Source: a virus
IMG/VR virus record: IMGVR_UViG_3300043424_000354
Location: 44,632-108,631 of that record
Strand: one strand, 5' to 3'
Length of the DNA: 64,000 nucleotides
A model generated the notes under the pieces. That model searched no databases. It worked only from the letters and a program-made list of their open reading frames with translations, and was not told the DNA's origin. Made by a program: the position numbers and the translations under genes. This document shows, one piece after another, positions 38,356-47,994 of the stretch (the stretch's first letter is position 1; each line of letters opens with the position of its first letter).

Positions 38356-38452
38356 AGATAAATGGATCCAATTTTTTCAATTTCTCTAATCTCTTCTTTA
38401 ATTTTCTTTTGCGAATTAATGCACGAAATAATTCTACTATCTTGTTAACCAT
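38348..38452 (-). CDS. 34-aa basic peptide ending in DPFIYD (absent from the ORF track)
   Basis: MVNKIVELFRALIRKRKLKKRLEKLKKLDPFIYD; overlaps both neighbours and fills the gap. Confidence 0.7.
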   Translation of the reverse strand: MVNKIVELFRALIRKRKLKKRLEKLKKLDPFIYD

Positions 38453-39248
38453 CTATAACTCCCGTCGTGATTAATTCATCAAACATATGATTGGCGAATT
38501 TCTTGTGAACATCGACAACTGGATGCCCCCATCCATGCGTATATTTCTCTATCTCCTCCACGACCACGAAATTAGAAAGAGAAACTTCCGGAGACAACAA
38601 ATTATCAAACTTTACATTGTCCAACCAAGGTAATTTACTTTTATACCCGCTCAATACTAATCGAATTGATTGTAACGATTGAACTGTCATGACAATTTTC
38701 AACCTATTACCCAAAGATTTTGACAGGTAGTCTAGATATTTTGCATGCTTGATGTATTCCCACATCAAATTACAATCTGTTGCCCACGTGTCTAGTAATG
38801 CATCGTTCAACTTGGCACTGTGCGTCCATCGAGAATCTCCCACGAATTTGGTAATCATTATTCCGGAATCGGAAACCCAAGAAAATCTTACTGGACAAGT
38901 TAAACCAACAAAAATAAGATCAGTTTCTACGATTTCATTGGAAACAATATCGCGTTCAATGTTGTAGATAAACTCGTTTATACTAGTTCCCATTTTAGCG
39001 CGATTTGAACACGAGACCCCCAACCGCTCTGCGATATAATTAGGCCAAGCAAGTTGTGATGACAATAATGTGCAACGAATTCGCGTTTCCTCATTCCCAT
39101 AAACACCCTCGACGCAATGTATACCATGCTTGCGTTTGTAAGCATCAATTTCTTCATGCGGTTTGTTCAAGATAATAGCATCTGCCAGTTCTTGCCCAGC
39201 AGTGTAACTGCAACCATATGCAACTACTCTATTAATATTGAGTGCCAT
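38445..39248 (-). CDS. SGNH/GDSL-like hydrolase or acyltransferase
   Basis: AYGCSYTAG, WP..IA, NRA..G, C-terminal GHP...H. Confidence 0.7.
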   Translation of the reverse strand: MALNINRVVAYGCSYTAGQELADAIILNKPHEEIDAYKRKHGIHCVEGVYGNEETRIRCTLLSSQLAWPNYIAERLGVSCSNRAKMGTSINEFIYNIERDIVSNEIVETDLIFVGLTCPVRFSWVSDSGIMITKFVGDSRWTHSAKLNDALLDTWATDCNLMWEYIKHAKYLDYLSKSLGNRLKIVMTVQSLQSIRLVLSGYKSKLPWLDNVKFDNLLSPEVSLSNFVVVEEIEKYTHGWGHPVVDVHKKFANHMFDELITTGVIDG

Positions 39249-40378
39249 TCTGGAAAACTTTCGTTAAAATGGTTGTTTCTATACTTATCATGCGAAGAAG
39301 TTACTCGCAGAAATTGATTAAATTCTTCTGAATCGGATATATTACTTCCTAACATATTAGTTATAACATCAAGTTTATCCGAGTATGCAAGCAGACGATC
39401 GCGTACGAGTTCTTTTTTATTTTCTGGTATGTTAGTTATACTGAGATGCGTAGGAGTAAATAACATATTGTAGTATATACCAATATGCGGAAAATTTTCT
39501 CGCATAAATTGATCAAAATTAACTGTATCCCAAATATTATATAGACTTACGGTATAGCAAAAATCAACTGTTATATTATTGTTTTCCTGCATAAGATCTG
39601 AATACTTACGAATAACATCCAGTACAGTATCCCATTTTGCTGGATATCTCATATATTCGAATGCAGAAGCAATACCATCAATGGAAAGAGAAATATTCAC
39701 TTTCTTAAATTGTTTTAGTATTGTTATTTGATCATCAGACGGATATATTGTTGAGTTGGTGTTAAAATGGAGTTCTTGCGTCTGCGCATTACCCTCGTTT
39801 ACGGATTTGCCGAGTATTTCCCACGATCGTTTAATTAATAGAGGTTCTCCACCGTAAAAGTCTATGGTGCTCGCCTTAGGTATCCAATCAACAAGAGTAT
39901 TCCACACATTAGTGTTGCTGTCATCATATATGTGCTGTATCTTTTTATATCTACTAAGAAAATCAGTTTTATTTTGCCAAGAAGCATTAATATCAAACCA
40001 TTCGTTTACCCAAGAACTGCTGCTATCTGGATTACAAGTTCTACAACGCAAGTTACATGCATTGCCAAGTTTTAAATCCAATAATTGCGGAGTTTCCGCT
40101 GCCAACAGATCTCTATTATTTTCTCTCTGTCGTTTGCTTTCTCTACCATTTCTTTCTTCAATCCAGCATATATCACAAGTTGGATTTTCAATTCCTGCTT
40201 CTAAATCCCATAGAAGTTTCTTTCTAGAATCAGATTGCCAAATATCTTGTAAAGAATCTTTACTTAGATTGTATTCCTCGCCTGCTTTATCGGCAAATGG
40301 TTTTGCTAAGCAACATGGTCTTACTCTACCGACAGTATCGATTTCTATACCACATAATGCCTGCAAACAGGTTTTCAT
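39224..40378 (-). CDS. Radical SAM protein with N-terminal SPASM/twitch-like domain
   Basis: GRVRPCC...CDICW; NACNLRCRTC; GGEPLL; ATGA overlap at 40378. Confidence 0.9.
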   Translation of the reverse strand: MKTCLQALCGIEIDTVGRVRPCCLAKPFADKAGEEYNLSKDSLQDIWQSDSRKKLLWDLEAGIENPTCDICWIEERNGRESKRQRENNRDLLAAETPQLLDLKLGNACNLRCRTCNPDSSSSWVNEWFDINASWQNKTDFLSRYKKIQHIYDDSNTNVWNTLVDWIPKASTIDFYGGEPLLIKRSWEILGKSVNEGNAQTQELHFNTNSTIYPSDDQITILKQFKKVNISLSIDGIASAFEYMRYPAKWDTVLDVIRKYSDLMQENNNITVDFCYTVSLYNIWDTVNFDQFMRENFPHIGIYYNMLFTPTHLSITNIPENKKELVRDRLLAYSDKLDVITNMLGSNISDSEEFNQFLRVTSSHDKYRNNHFNESFPEWHSILIE

Positions 40379-41577
40379 AATTGTTCGGCCCAAGGATGCG
40401 TCTCAAAAAGATTTTGTCCGCGAATACCGTCCAAAAGTTTCTGTTTTTCCACAAACTTTTTCTGCAACACACTGTTAGTCAAATTAGATGTATTACTTTC
40501 AAGGTAATTGATTGTGTTTCTAATTTCATGACGATTGATTGTAATTTTTTCTTTAATGTTTTTTAGTTCTTGTAGATAGGAATAATAATAGGACTCCGGC
40601 ATTACATCTGCTTGTAAGAAATCCGGACGGTTAACAGGAATAACACCCATAGAAAGACCAAGTTCTTCGCACCACAAGAATAAATCACGAAGCGAGTTAT
40701 TAGACAAAGTGAGATTTTGCAAAGTCGGCGTCACACCGCATTCAATATTTTTGAATTCGGAAATTTCCGACATCAGCAATTTCATATTTCCTTCGATGGT
40801 TGTCCATTTAGCAGGATTGCGGATATACTCATATTGTTTACCCATTCCGTCGATACTCACGTTCAACTGAACAAACTTAAACTTCTTCCACATATCAATG
40901 AATTTCTTACCCAAGAAAATACCATTTGTATTGTATACGAGTTTAATTTTTGAAGAACTACCCGTCTCAATCAAGTAAGTCAGAAGTTCTTCATGCGCAT
41001 CAATAATAAGAGGTTCCCCTCCGATCATATAGATTTCCTGCAGAGTATCTAGATGTGGAGTAACAACATCACGCATATTGACGTTATCAACCCACTCAGA
41101 GGAATCATATCCCATCTCATAATATTCTCTAGACTCAGCATGAGTTTGAACTTCCTTGCCAATCAGAGAACTACTAAACGGTGCGCACATTCTGCACCTG
41201 AGATTGCATTTTTTACCCAGATCAAATTCTATTCTGAAAATTCCCAGTGGTTGCTCATCTTTTATTTGCTCGTAGATATCTGAATATCTCTGATTAATTG
41301 ACTGACGAAAACTCTGCATACCAGAATCTTCCATCTTCCAGCAGCGTCCACACAAAGGATGCCTTTTTCCTTCTAACATATATTCGCGCAATTCTTTGTG
41401 CGTGTGTGTATTCAGAAATCTGTCGACAGAATAATCTTCAAGTTGATTTATATTTGCCTTAACACCCTTCTCGCTTTCGATCTCAGCATAGATTGCATTA
41501 CAGCAAGGTCGCAATCCTCCATTAGATCCGATACTCAACAACATCCAAGGATAGGCGCATACTGTGTTATTTTCCAT
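40375..41577 (-). CDS. Radical SAM protein with N-terminal SPASM/twitch-like domain
   Basis: CAYPW...GGLRPCC...CGRCW; CNLRCRMC; GGEPL. Confidence 0.9.
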   Translation of the reverse strand: MENNTVCAYPWMLLSIGSNGGLRPCCNAIYAEIESEKGVKANINQLEDYSVDRFLNTHTHKELREYMLEGKRHPLCGRCWKMEDSGMQSFRQSINQRYSDIYEQIKDEQPLGIFRIEFDLGKKCNLRCRMCAPFSSSLIGKEVQTHAESREYYEMGYDSSEWVDNVNMRDVVTPHLDTLQEIYMIGGEPLIIDAHEELLTYLIETGSSSKIKLVYNTNGIFLGKKFIDMWKKFKFVQLNVSIDGMGKQYEYIRNPAKWTTIEGNMKLLMSEISEFKNIECGVTPTLQNLTLSNNSLRDLFLWCEELGLSMGVIPVNRPDFLQADVMPESYYYSYLQELKNIKEKITINRHEIRNTINYLESNTSNLTNSVLQKKFVEKQKLLDGIRGQNLFETHPWAEQL

Positions 41578-42847
41578 CGGATTGTTCTCGTTCTTTTTGT
41601 TTGATTATCCCACGACTTGTTGTTCCTAGTTCGCCCTGATCCAGATTGTTATATTCTTCACCACAACAAGCACTGCACTGATAACTTCTCATTTCATGTT
41701 CGCGGTTAAAACTCAACGGAAGATACCGTTGATACAAAGGCGAAGCAATGATTTCTTCGATTGAATTTTTATGAAGAGAAATAGATTCCATACCACCATT
41801 CAAATCGATCATTCTTACCGATGAATCGTTTGTATTCCAAGTATCTGAATTTGATCTCCACTGTTCCCCGCCAAGGAAACAGCACGGATACACATTACCT
41901 GCACCATCGACAAAGATTTCATTCAAATTTTGATACTTGGATTTTCTTGCTCTACAAACAATCCCTAATGAGTTATGTTTGATTGAAGTATATTCCTTGC
42001 TCTCTGGATCGAAAACGTATATTTCCTTTTTAGATTTTGGATCCGGTGATAGTCTGTTAAACTCATCATTTGTAATATACTGCGGAATTAATCCCTTTGC
42101 TGCACGTTTGAACTCTACCGAGTTTTCATTTTGATAGATAGGATTAGTTGGTTGCTGCAGAGTATGGGTGTGCTGATCATTATCATAAACATCGAAGTAT
42201 CCCATACCGTCTTTGTATGAATGCCACCTTGTTGTCTTCTTGATATTAAAGAATGTAAATCCCAATTCCTCTGCAATCTTTCTTGCTTCTTCTACCTGAT
42301 GTTCATTGTGCTTGAATACAATATAATCCCATCGCGCCTTACCGCCAGCAGAGGTAAATGCTTTCATGTTTTCGTAAATCTTATCGAAATTAGTATTTCT
42401 TCTATAGAGATGGTTTGTATCCCACAATCCGTCTACTGAAAAGATGACATAATCCTGTCGTGTTCCATCCGGACCGCCATTCATAACGGTTGCCAATTCT
42501 TCCCACCAAGACTTAGATCTGGCGCTCCCATTAGTATGAATAACCAACCCAACGCGATCATTACACGATCTAATATATTTGTAAATTTCTAACGTGTCTT
42601 TTGCAGCGACTGGATCGCCGTAGTTACCGCATGCATAAATTCTTCGCATTTGCGAAAGGAATTCCGGAGAGAACCAAGTTTTGAACTGTTCTAGAGTGAT
42701 TTCCGTCATTGGTAAAATAGGATTCAGCATATTTCCGTGACTTATATAACGCGGACACATTGGGCATGCAGCATTACATCTAGTCGTCAGTTCTAAATGC
42801 ATACCAGTAAGTTCGCGATGAGATGCGTATAACGGTTCAACCATCAT
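41567..42847 (-). CDS. Radical SAM protein with C-terminal SPASM/twitch domain
   Basis: RCNAACPMC; CGNYGDP; IFVDGAGNVYPCC; CSACCG. Confidence 0.9.
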   Translation of the reverse strand: MMVEPLYASHRELTGMHLELTTRCNAACPMCPRYISHGNMLNPILPMTEITLEQFKTWFSPEFLSQMRRIYACGNYGDPVAAKDTLEIYKYIRSCNDRVGLVIHTNGSARSKSWWEELATVMNGGPDGTRQDYVIFSVDGLWDTNHLYRRNTNFDKIYENMKAFTSAGGKARWDYIVFKHNEHQVEEARKIAEELGFTFFNIKKTTRWHSYKDGMGYFDVYDNDQHTHTLQQPTNPIYQNENSVEFKRAAKGLIPQYITNDEFNRLSPDPKSKKEIYVFDPESKEYTSIKHNSLGIVCRARKSKYQNLNEIFVDGAGNVYPCCFLGGEQWRSNSDTWNTNDSSVRMIDLNGGMESISLHKNSIEEIIASPLYQRYLPLSFNREHEMRSYQCSACCGEEYNNLDQGELGTTSRGIIKQKEREQSDGK

Positions 42848-44246
42848 TTAATTCCTTGCACATGTAATAAAAATTCTCGTATGCTGGGAACAATTCCAAC
42901 AGACCAAGACCAACAGTTCTCTTATCGTATTCAGTAAAGAATTTATAAAAATCCTTTCTACCGTTTTCAATCAATTTTTCATCAATGCGAGGACCGCCTT
43001 GGTAAAAGTAATTCCGAACACGCTTCATCTTTTCGAACTCTTGTTCCTGAAATCCATGCACTAATCCTGGTGCAGAGATATTATCCTGAATGAACAGAAG
43101 ATCCGAATCAATATACTTTCCGAACTCTTCCTTTGGTAGAAGATTGATCATCCAGTGAGGAGGTTCTTTCAGATATGGAGTGTCAAACATAATACGATTT
43201 TCATAAGGGTTGACATTCCACTTCTTACGAAGTTCTAGAATCTTTTCTAAGAATGGGCGGAAAGAAGCAACACACAGAATATTATAAGTGCACATAATAC
43301 TAATTGAAACATTAGGAACAGTTTCTAGAAATGTTTCAACATTCTTCAACCAAAGATCCTGATTCAATCCTCGACGCATATACTCTGCTTGCGGACCCCA
43401 CGCTTCAAGAGAAGTATAGAGTTTAAAGTCCTTGATCTTTTTCTTTTCTAAAAGATTTTTGGCAGAATCCGATAGACGTTGAACTCGATTATTACTAACA
43501 CCAAGATTACTGTTGATATTCAATTCTAAATGTTTCGTATCATCACCTTCTTCCAACATCTTCATGAGTTTCATGGTGTTGGGATTGATCATCGCTTCAC
43601 CACCCGTAAGACGAAGAACGCGAAGATCTTTCTTTAGATCAGGCCACCACTTCCAGAATGCATCGACGTATGGATTTTCTTCGTCGTCGCGGTAAACCTT
43701 TGTATTCTTCAGGTAATCAATTCCGTATTGATTGTAACTGATGTCATAGTTACCATGTTCGCGAATTTCCTGTTCCCATAGAGATGATGCTTGCGGGCAA
43801 CAATAACCGCATTTGAAGTTGCAACCATTACCGAAACTTACTTCTAAGAAATATGGATTATAATCCTGATCCCAAGGAAGGTTTTTTACCCTTTCGGTTT
43901 CTTCCTTTGCATCAATCCAAGTACTCGCATTATGAAACATTCTATCGCTGAAGTGTTCTCCGGGAAGATTTTCCACGTTCCAGCAGTAATAACATTCTTC
44001 TGGTCGACCGCCCTCGAGCATGATCTTGCGTTGCTGCTTTTTCCACTTTGTATTGTGAAGAGCAGAAGGGTTCTCTGCAATTTCTTCAAGAGGAATGCGT
44101 TGTGGTCGAGGGTGGTAACAACTATGATTGTCACCCATATGCAAATATAGAGTTTCGTGCCTCCATTTCTGCAGACAGAAACCGTTTCCGACTGTATTAA
44201 GAGTATCGCGTACTTCGCGAACTCTGTCTAGATAACTATTGCTCAT
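42837..44246 (-). CDS. Radical SAM protein (HSCYHP subtype)
   Basis: FCLQKW, HSCYHP, CYYCW, CNFKCGYC, TGGE. Confidence 0.9.
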   Translation of the reverse strand: MSNSYLDRVREVRDTLNTVGNGFCLQKWRHETLYLHMGDNHSCYHPRPQRIPLEEIAENPSALHNTKWKKQQRKIMLEGGRPEECYYCWNVENLPGEHFSDRMFHNASTWIDAKEETERVKNLPWDQDYNPYFLEVSFGNGCNFKCGYCCPQASSLWEQEIREHGNYDISYNQYGIDYLKNTKVYRDDEENPYVDAFWKWWPDLKKDLRVLRLTGGEAMINPNTMKLMKMLEEGDDTKHLELNINSNLGVSNNRVQRLSDSAKNLLEKKKIKDFKLYTSLEAWGPQAEYMRRGLNQDLWLKNVETFLETVPNVSISIMCTYNILCVASFRPFLEKILELRKKWNVNPYENRIMFDTPYLKEPPHWMINLLPKEEFGKYIDSDLLFIQDNISAPGLVHGFQEQEFEKMKRVRNYFYQGGPRIDEKLIENGRKDFYKFFTEYDKRTVGLGLLELFPAYENFYYMCKELNDG

Positions 44247-45759
44247 TTTTGCATCTCTCATAAAAATTAATTAATTCAGGAAACGTTTGTTTAAAATTCG
44301 TGTCTCTGCGTCTATCTAACTCGTCAACGTATTGAGAAAAGCGAATCATATCCACATACAATTCTTCTGGTTTTTGCCCTGCTCGCATTATATCTAGGTC
44401 GCGCTGAACCTTGTCAATTTCATACTGCCTGAAACCAGTAAAGCACAGAGCAGCAGGATAAACATTGTCAGAGGTATCGAGATTATCTCTCATAAACTGC
44501 AGGCAATCCTCCATAACATCAATCATCTCAGTTCCAGCAAGCATCTTGATATTCAACCATGTTGGTGTGTGTAAAATGGGAATATCAAACCAAATTCGTT
44601 GACGCTTCTTACGAACTATAGAGGGATGCCCTTCTATCCCCATCATCTTTTCTGGTTGCGCGTCAGAACCGAACTCTTGGCGCAATTTTAAAATCCACTG
44701 TAAAAATTGTTTTAGGTTCGGGACGCTCAAGATATTAAAGGTGTTAATAAATGTAACATTGGTACCGTCGGTGGATCTCAAGAATTCTCTGACATTTGCA
44801 TCCAAACGTTGAAAATTCATACCTGTTCGAATGTATTCTGCTTGTTCTCCATAAGAATCGCAAGATACGAACAATGAGAAATGTTTGATCGCGGGAGCAA
44901 CATACGAATGATTGCCGCTGTCGTAGTTGAATTTGTCAGGATCTTCCCAGATTCTAACCTGTTCTAATTTCTGAACTGAAGAAACAAACTTGTCAAACAA
45001 TTCTTGCTTTGGTGGGCACAGATTACTAGTAATACTCAACTCAAGATCAGCATTGGGATGCTTGTCTACATAATCAAGAACCTTGAACGTGTTATTATCC
45101 ATTAAAGGTTCTCCGCCAGTCATGCGGAAAATTTTAAGGTTCTTATAGAGTTCGGGCCACCATTTCCAGAATGCTTCGACGTAGGGATTTTCTTTTTGAG
45201 AAACTTTCTTTGGCATCAATCCATATGAAGTCAATGCACCAAGATCATTGTGCGCTGCTTGCTTTAAAATATATGGACCAAACTTCTCTGCTTCTTCGTG
45301 CCAAGCAGTACTAAGATGAGGACTGCAGTAGATGCATTTAAAGTTACACGCCTGATTGAAGTTTACTTCCACGTATGCGGGAGTAATTTGATCATCGATG
45401 TCTTTGTTAAATGCAATCTTCTCAAAATCAATAGAGTTCCACCATTCGCTGCTGCGATAGTGTCGATCACTAGTATGCCCTGCGTCCTCGATACGCCAAC
45501 AATACGAACATCCCTTTGGTCGTTCGCCCCTGCGCATCATAGCACGTTCTTCGATTTTTTGTGGAGTGTTGTGAAGTAATCCAGGATTTTCTGCTAACCC
45601 ATCAACAGGAATGTCATGCGCGGGCGGGTGATAGCAACTATGCGTCTTACCATTAGTAAGGTGCATACTTACCATATTCCATTTTGCTAGGCAGAAAGTT
45701 GGACTTATGTCATCAAGTTTTCTTTTTGTCTCTTGCGCAGAATCACTATAATCCGTCAT
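44236..45759 (-). CDS. Radical SAM protein (HSCYHP subtype), paralog of 42837..44246
   Basis: FCLAKW, HSCYHP, CSYCW, CNFKCIYC, NPYVEAFWKWWP, TGGEP. Confidence 0.9.
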   Translation of the reverse strand: MTDYSDSAQETKRKLDDISPTFCLAKWNMVSMHLTNGKTHSCYHPPAHDIPVDGLAENPGLLHNTPQKIEERAMMRRGERPKGCSYCWRIEDAGHTSDRHYRSSEWWNSIDFEKIAFNKDIDDQITPAYVEVNFNQACNFKCIYCSPHLSTAWHEEAEKFGPYILKQAAHNDLGALTSYGLMPKKVSQKENPYVEAFWKWWPELYKNLKIFRMTGGEPLMDNNTFKVLDYVDKHPNADLELSITSNLCPPKQELFDKFVSSVQKLEQVRIWEDPDKFNYDSGNHSYVAPAIKHFSLFVSCDSYGEQAEYIRTGMNFQRLDANVREFLRSTDGTNVTFINTFNILSVPNLKQFLQWILKLRQEFGSDAQPEKMMGIEGHPSIVRKKRQRIWFDIPILHTPTWLNIKMLAGTEMIDVMEDCLQFMRDNLDTSDNVYPAALCFTGFRQYEIDKVQRDLDIMRAGQKPEELYVDMIRFSQYVDELDRRRDTNFKQTFPELINFYERCKNEQ

Positions 45760-46340
45760 TTATATCCGACTGCCATATATCTATAGAAATGCCCGCACTT
45801 CAACATACCTGCATACTGCGGTTCTTTAATATTGTTGATTTCTAAGAATTGCTCCAGATTATCGGCAAGACGAACATGCTCAGGATTTTCTAGATTATTT
45901 CCTTGGACGATATATTTAGTTCCTGTTGGAATAGAGTTCCACCAAGCATCATAAACTTCTTGGGTCACATGCTCGCTGCTGGTGTTGATCACCAAATCGG
46001 GATATGAATAATTGAGTGGCATACCATTTTTCATGTCGTGCTGACGAAATGTGATTTCATGATAGCACTCATCGATAGCAGCAAATACCTTTTTACATTC
46101 GGGGTCTAAGTCGGTGGTCAGAATTCTAGCATCGGGGAACTTATGCGCAATAAACTGCGCAAGAACTCCATACCATCCACCGAAAATTATGATAGATCTA
46201 TCCATGTGAGTTACATGTTCGAGTAACCACTTCTTGCTCTCGATCTGACTCGGCCAAAAGTTCTCCGAGAATCGATATGCATTCTCTGGATTATTACGGA
46301 TATATTGCATCCAAAGCATTACTACATCAAAATTAACCAC
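45756..46340 (-). CDS. Class I SAM-dependent methyltransferase-like protein
   Basis: IIIFGGWYG motif I, DLD, INTSSEH. Confidence 0.75.
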   Translation of the reverse strand: MVNFDVVMLWMQYIRNNPENAYRFSENFWPSQIESKKWLLEHVTHMDRSIIIFGGWYGVLAQFIAHKFPDARILTTDLDPECKKVFAAIDECYHEITFRQHDMKNGMPLNYSYPDLVINTSSEHVTQEVYDAWWNSIPTGTKYIVQGNNLENPEHVRLADNLEQFLEINNIKEPQYAGMLKCGHFYRYMAVGYK

Positions 46341-46743
46341 GGCGCATCCTCGCTACTTCATGTGCTTGTTCTTCGTTGATAATAGGAACAGCATTCGACT
46401 TGTGCATCGTTGCGATACCTTTGATCAGAGTTCCCGTATATACGTTTTCCTTACGACCAACCATAACACCAATGCCGACTCCACCCTCATACTTAGGTGT
46501 TTCGCGGCGATAGGTCGTAGCATCCATTGGACCTTTGACTCCACCTTTTAGTTTAGTGTTAGATTTACCTTGACGATACGCGACATACTCGTCGAACGTC
46601 TTAGTTTTAGCACCAAGACGCTTCATCTGCTTGTTGTAATCGACCCAATCCTGAGCATACCTGGAGGTCACACCCTTGTTCGCAGTCTTGCGCTTCCTGG
46701 TGTTCGTGGTGGTATACGCATGGGACATAAGATGCATAGTCAT
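46333..46743 (-). CDS. Conserved hypothetical phage protein
   Basis: C-terminal YTG..IKGIATMHKSNAVPI; GAAAGGA SD before ATG 46743. Confidence 0.75.
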   Translation of the reverse strand: MTMHLMSHAYTTTNTRKRKTANKGVTSRYAQDWVDYNKQMKRLGAKTKTFDEYVAYRQGKSNTKLKGGVKGPMDATTYRRETPKYEGGVGIGVMVGRKENVYTGTLIKGIATMHKSNAVPIINEEQAHEVARMRRG

Positions 46744-46773
46744 AACACAATTTCCTTTCAAATCCAACATACT

Positions 46774-46802
46774 CTTATACCCTACTGGAGTAAAAATGTC
46801 AA
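46774..46802 (-). promoter_or_regulatory. Sigma70-type early promoter heading the rSAM operon
   Basis: TTGACA-N17-TATAAG. Confidence 0.75.
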
Positions 46803-46818
46803 GCCATAATTTAGCGGC

Positions 46819-46847
46819 TTGACAATTTGATTAAAATGGAGTAGAAT
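46819..46847 (+). promoter_or_regulatory. Sigma70-type early promoter
   Basis: TTGACA-N17-TAGAAT. Confidence 0.78.
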
Positions 46848-46873
46848 GAACATTCACAATTGGAGGAAAAATA

Positions 46874-47152
46874 ATGTCTATTTTTTATGAAACGTCTGGT
46901 AATGCTAAGAACAAAAAAGATTTTGATCCGTTCCTGATTCGTAAAATGAACCCTAATAGTGCTTGGGCGAATCATTCCTATAACCATTTTGTTCTACGTC
47001 ACATTTTCGGGAATTCGCCTGATCCTCTTGAGAAAATTCAAGCTGGAAAAGAAATTGAAATCGCTGAACGGAAAATGTCTTTCTGGGAACGCCACAACGA
47101 ATTTCACCTTGAGTCTGCGTTATATTATCGGCAAAAATATTACCGAATGTAA
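46874..47152 (+). CDS. Hypothetical early protein
   Basis: GGAGG SD and its own promoter. Confidence 0.75.
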   Translation: MSIFYETSGNAKNKKDFDPFLIRKMNPNSAWANHSYNHFVLRHIFGNSPDPLEKIQAGKEIEIAERKMSFWERHNEFHLESALYYRQKYYRM

Positions 47153-47161
47153 TTTAGGGGC

Positions 47162-47190
47162 TTGACTTTTTCGATGAGATAAGGCATAAT
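47162..47190 (+). promoter_or_regulatory. Sigma70-type early promoter
   Basis: TTGACT-N17-CATAAT. Confidence 0.75.
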
Positions 47191-47210
47191 TGTATAATAA
47201 GGAGACTGAT

Positions 47211-47357
47211 ATGAAAAACTTAGTTATTAATCAGATTTTAGAACTTAAAACCGACGCGATCAATAAAGGGTACGATTTTCCGACCGAAAACCCCGAAAAC
47301 GCGACGCTAGAAGAATTAGAATTATTTTTAGCGGAAATTAAAGAATTTTTAAAATAA
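47211..47357 (+). CDS. 48-aa acidic early protein (absent from the ORF track)
   Basis: AAGGAG SD; MKNLVINQILELK...LEELELFLAEIKEFLK. Confidence 0.75.
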   Translation: MKNLVINQILELKTDAINKGYDFPTENPENATLEELELFLAEIKEFLK

Positions 47358-47361
47358 GGGA

Positions 47362-47390
47362 TTGACTTTTTCTACAAAATAGGGTATAGT
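47362..47390 (+). promoter_or_regulatory. Sigma70-type early promoter
   Basis: TTGACT-N17-TATAGT. Confidence 0.78.
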
Positions 47391-47414
47391 GGATATATTG
47401 TTATGGAGATTGAT

Positions 47415-47609
47415 ATGGTTATTGATATTACCCAGCGCGAAGAAGAACTGCTAAAACTTCTCGGCGTCTCGTGGAATGGTTGGCAGTATGAACACCAAGA
47501 TTTCCTTGAGATTAATTTTGAACTCTCGGCGAACGGTGTTCCCACTTATAAATCTTTCGAGGAATACCTTGAAGGTCGTCTTGCATATAAACAAAGGATT
47601 GCAGCATAA
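47415..47609 (+). CDS. Hypothetical early protein
   Basis: GGAG SD before ATG 47415; TAATG coupling to the next gene. Confidence 0.7.
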   Translation: MVIDITQREEELLKLLGVSWNGWQYEHQDFLEINFELSANGVPTYKSFEEYLEGRLAYKQRIAA

Positions 47610-47824
47610 TGGTTAGTATTACAACTGAAGTCGAAGTTTACATGGACGACTTTGAGGATGAAGATTTGATCGAAGAACTCACAGAACGAGGTTACTACGT
47701 TAGCAAGTCAAGCGGCGACATTCCTGTCGTGCAGAGTCTGTATGATGCATGGGTCTACAAGACTGGTAATTTCGAGGATCTATTTCGGCAATTTTGCCAA
47801 CAATCAATTGGGAGAAGTTTTTAA
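47609..47824 (+). CDS. Small acidic hypothetical protein
   Basis: EVYMDDFEDEDLIEELTERG; coupled. Confidence 0.7.
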   Translation: MVSITTEVEVYMDDFEDEDLIEELTERGYYVSKSSGDIPVVQSLYDAWVYKTGNFEDLFRQFCQQSIGRSF

Positions 47825-47994
47825 TGTCTACATCAATCCACGACCAGGAACTCGATACGCACTTCGGTCGAGTCGAGAGCGAACTCTACTCACTAAAGGA
47901 AGAACCATCCGAAGATATTGTGTATTTTGATTTCAAGAATCCAAATACATTCCTACTTACTTGGACGTTGCACGATATATTCCGTCGAAGTTAG
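47824..47994 (+). CDS. Small hypothetical protein
   Basis: TAATG coupling; 3' end overlaps the cyclase gene. Confidence 0.5.
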   Translation: MSTSIHDQELDTHFGRVESELYSLKEEPSEDIVYFDFKNPNTFLLTWTLHDIFRRS

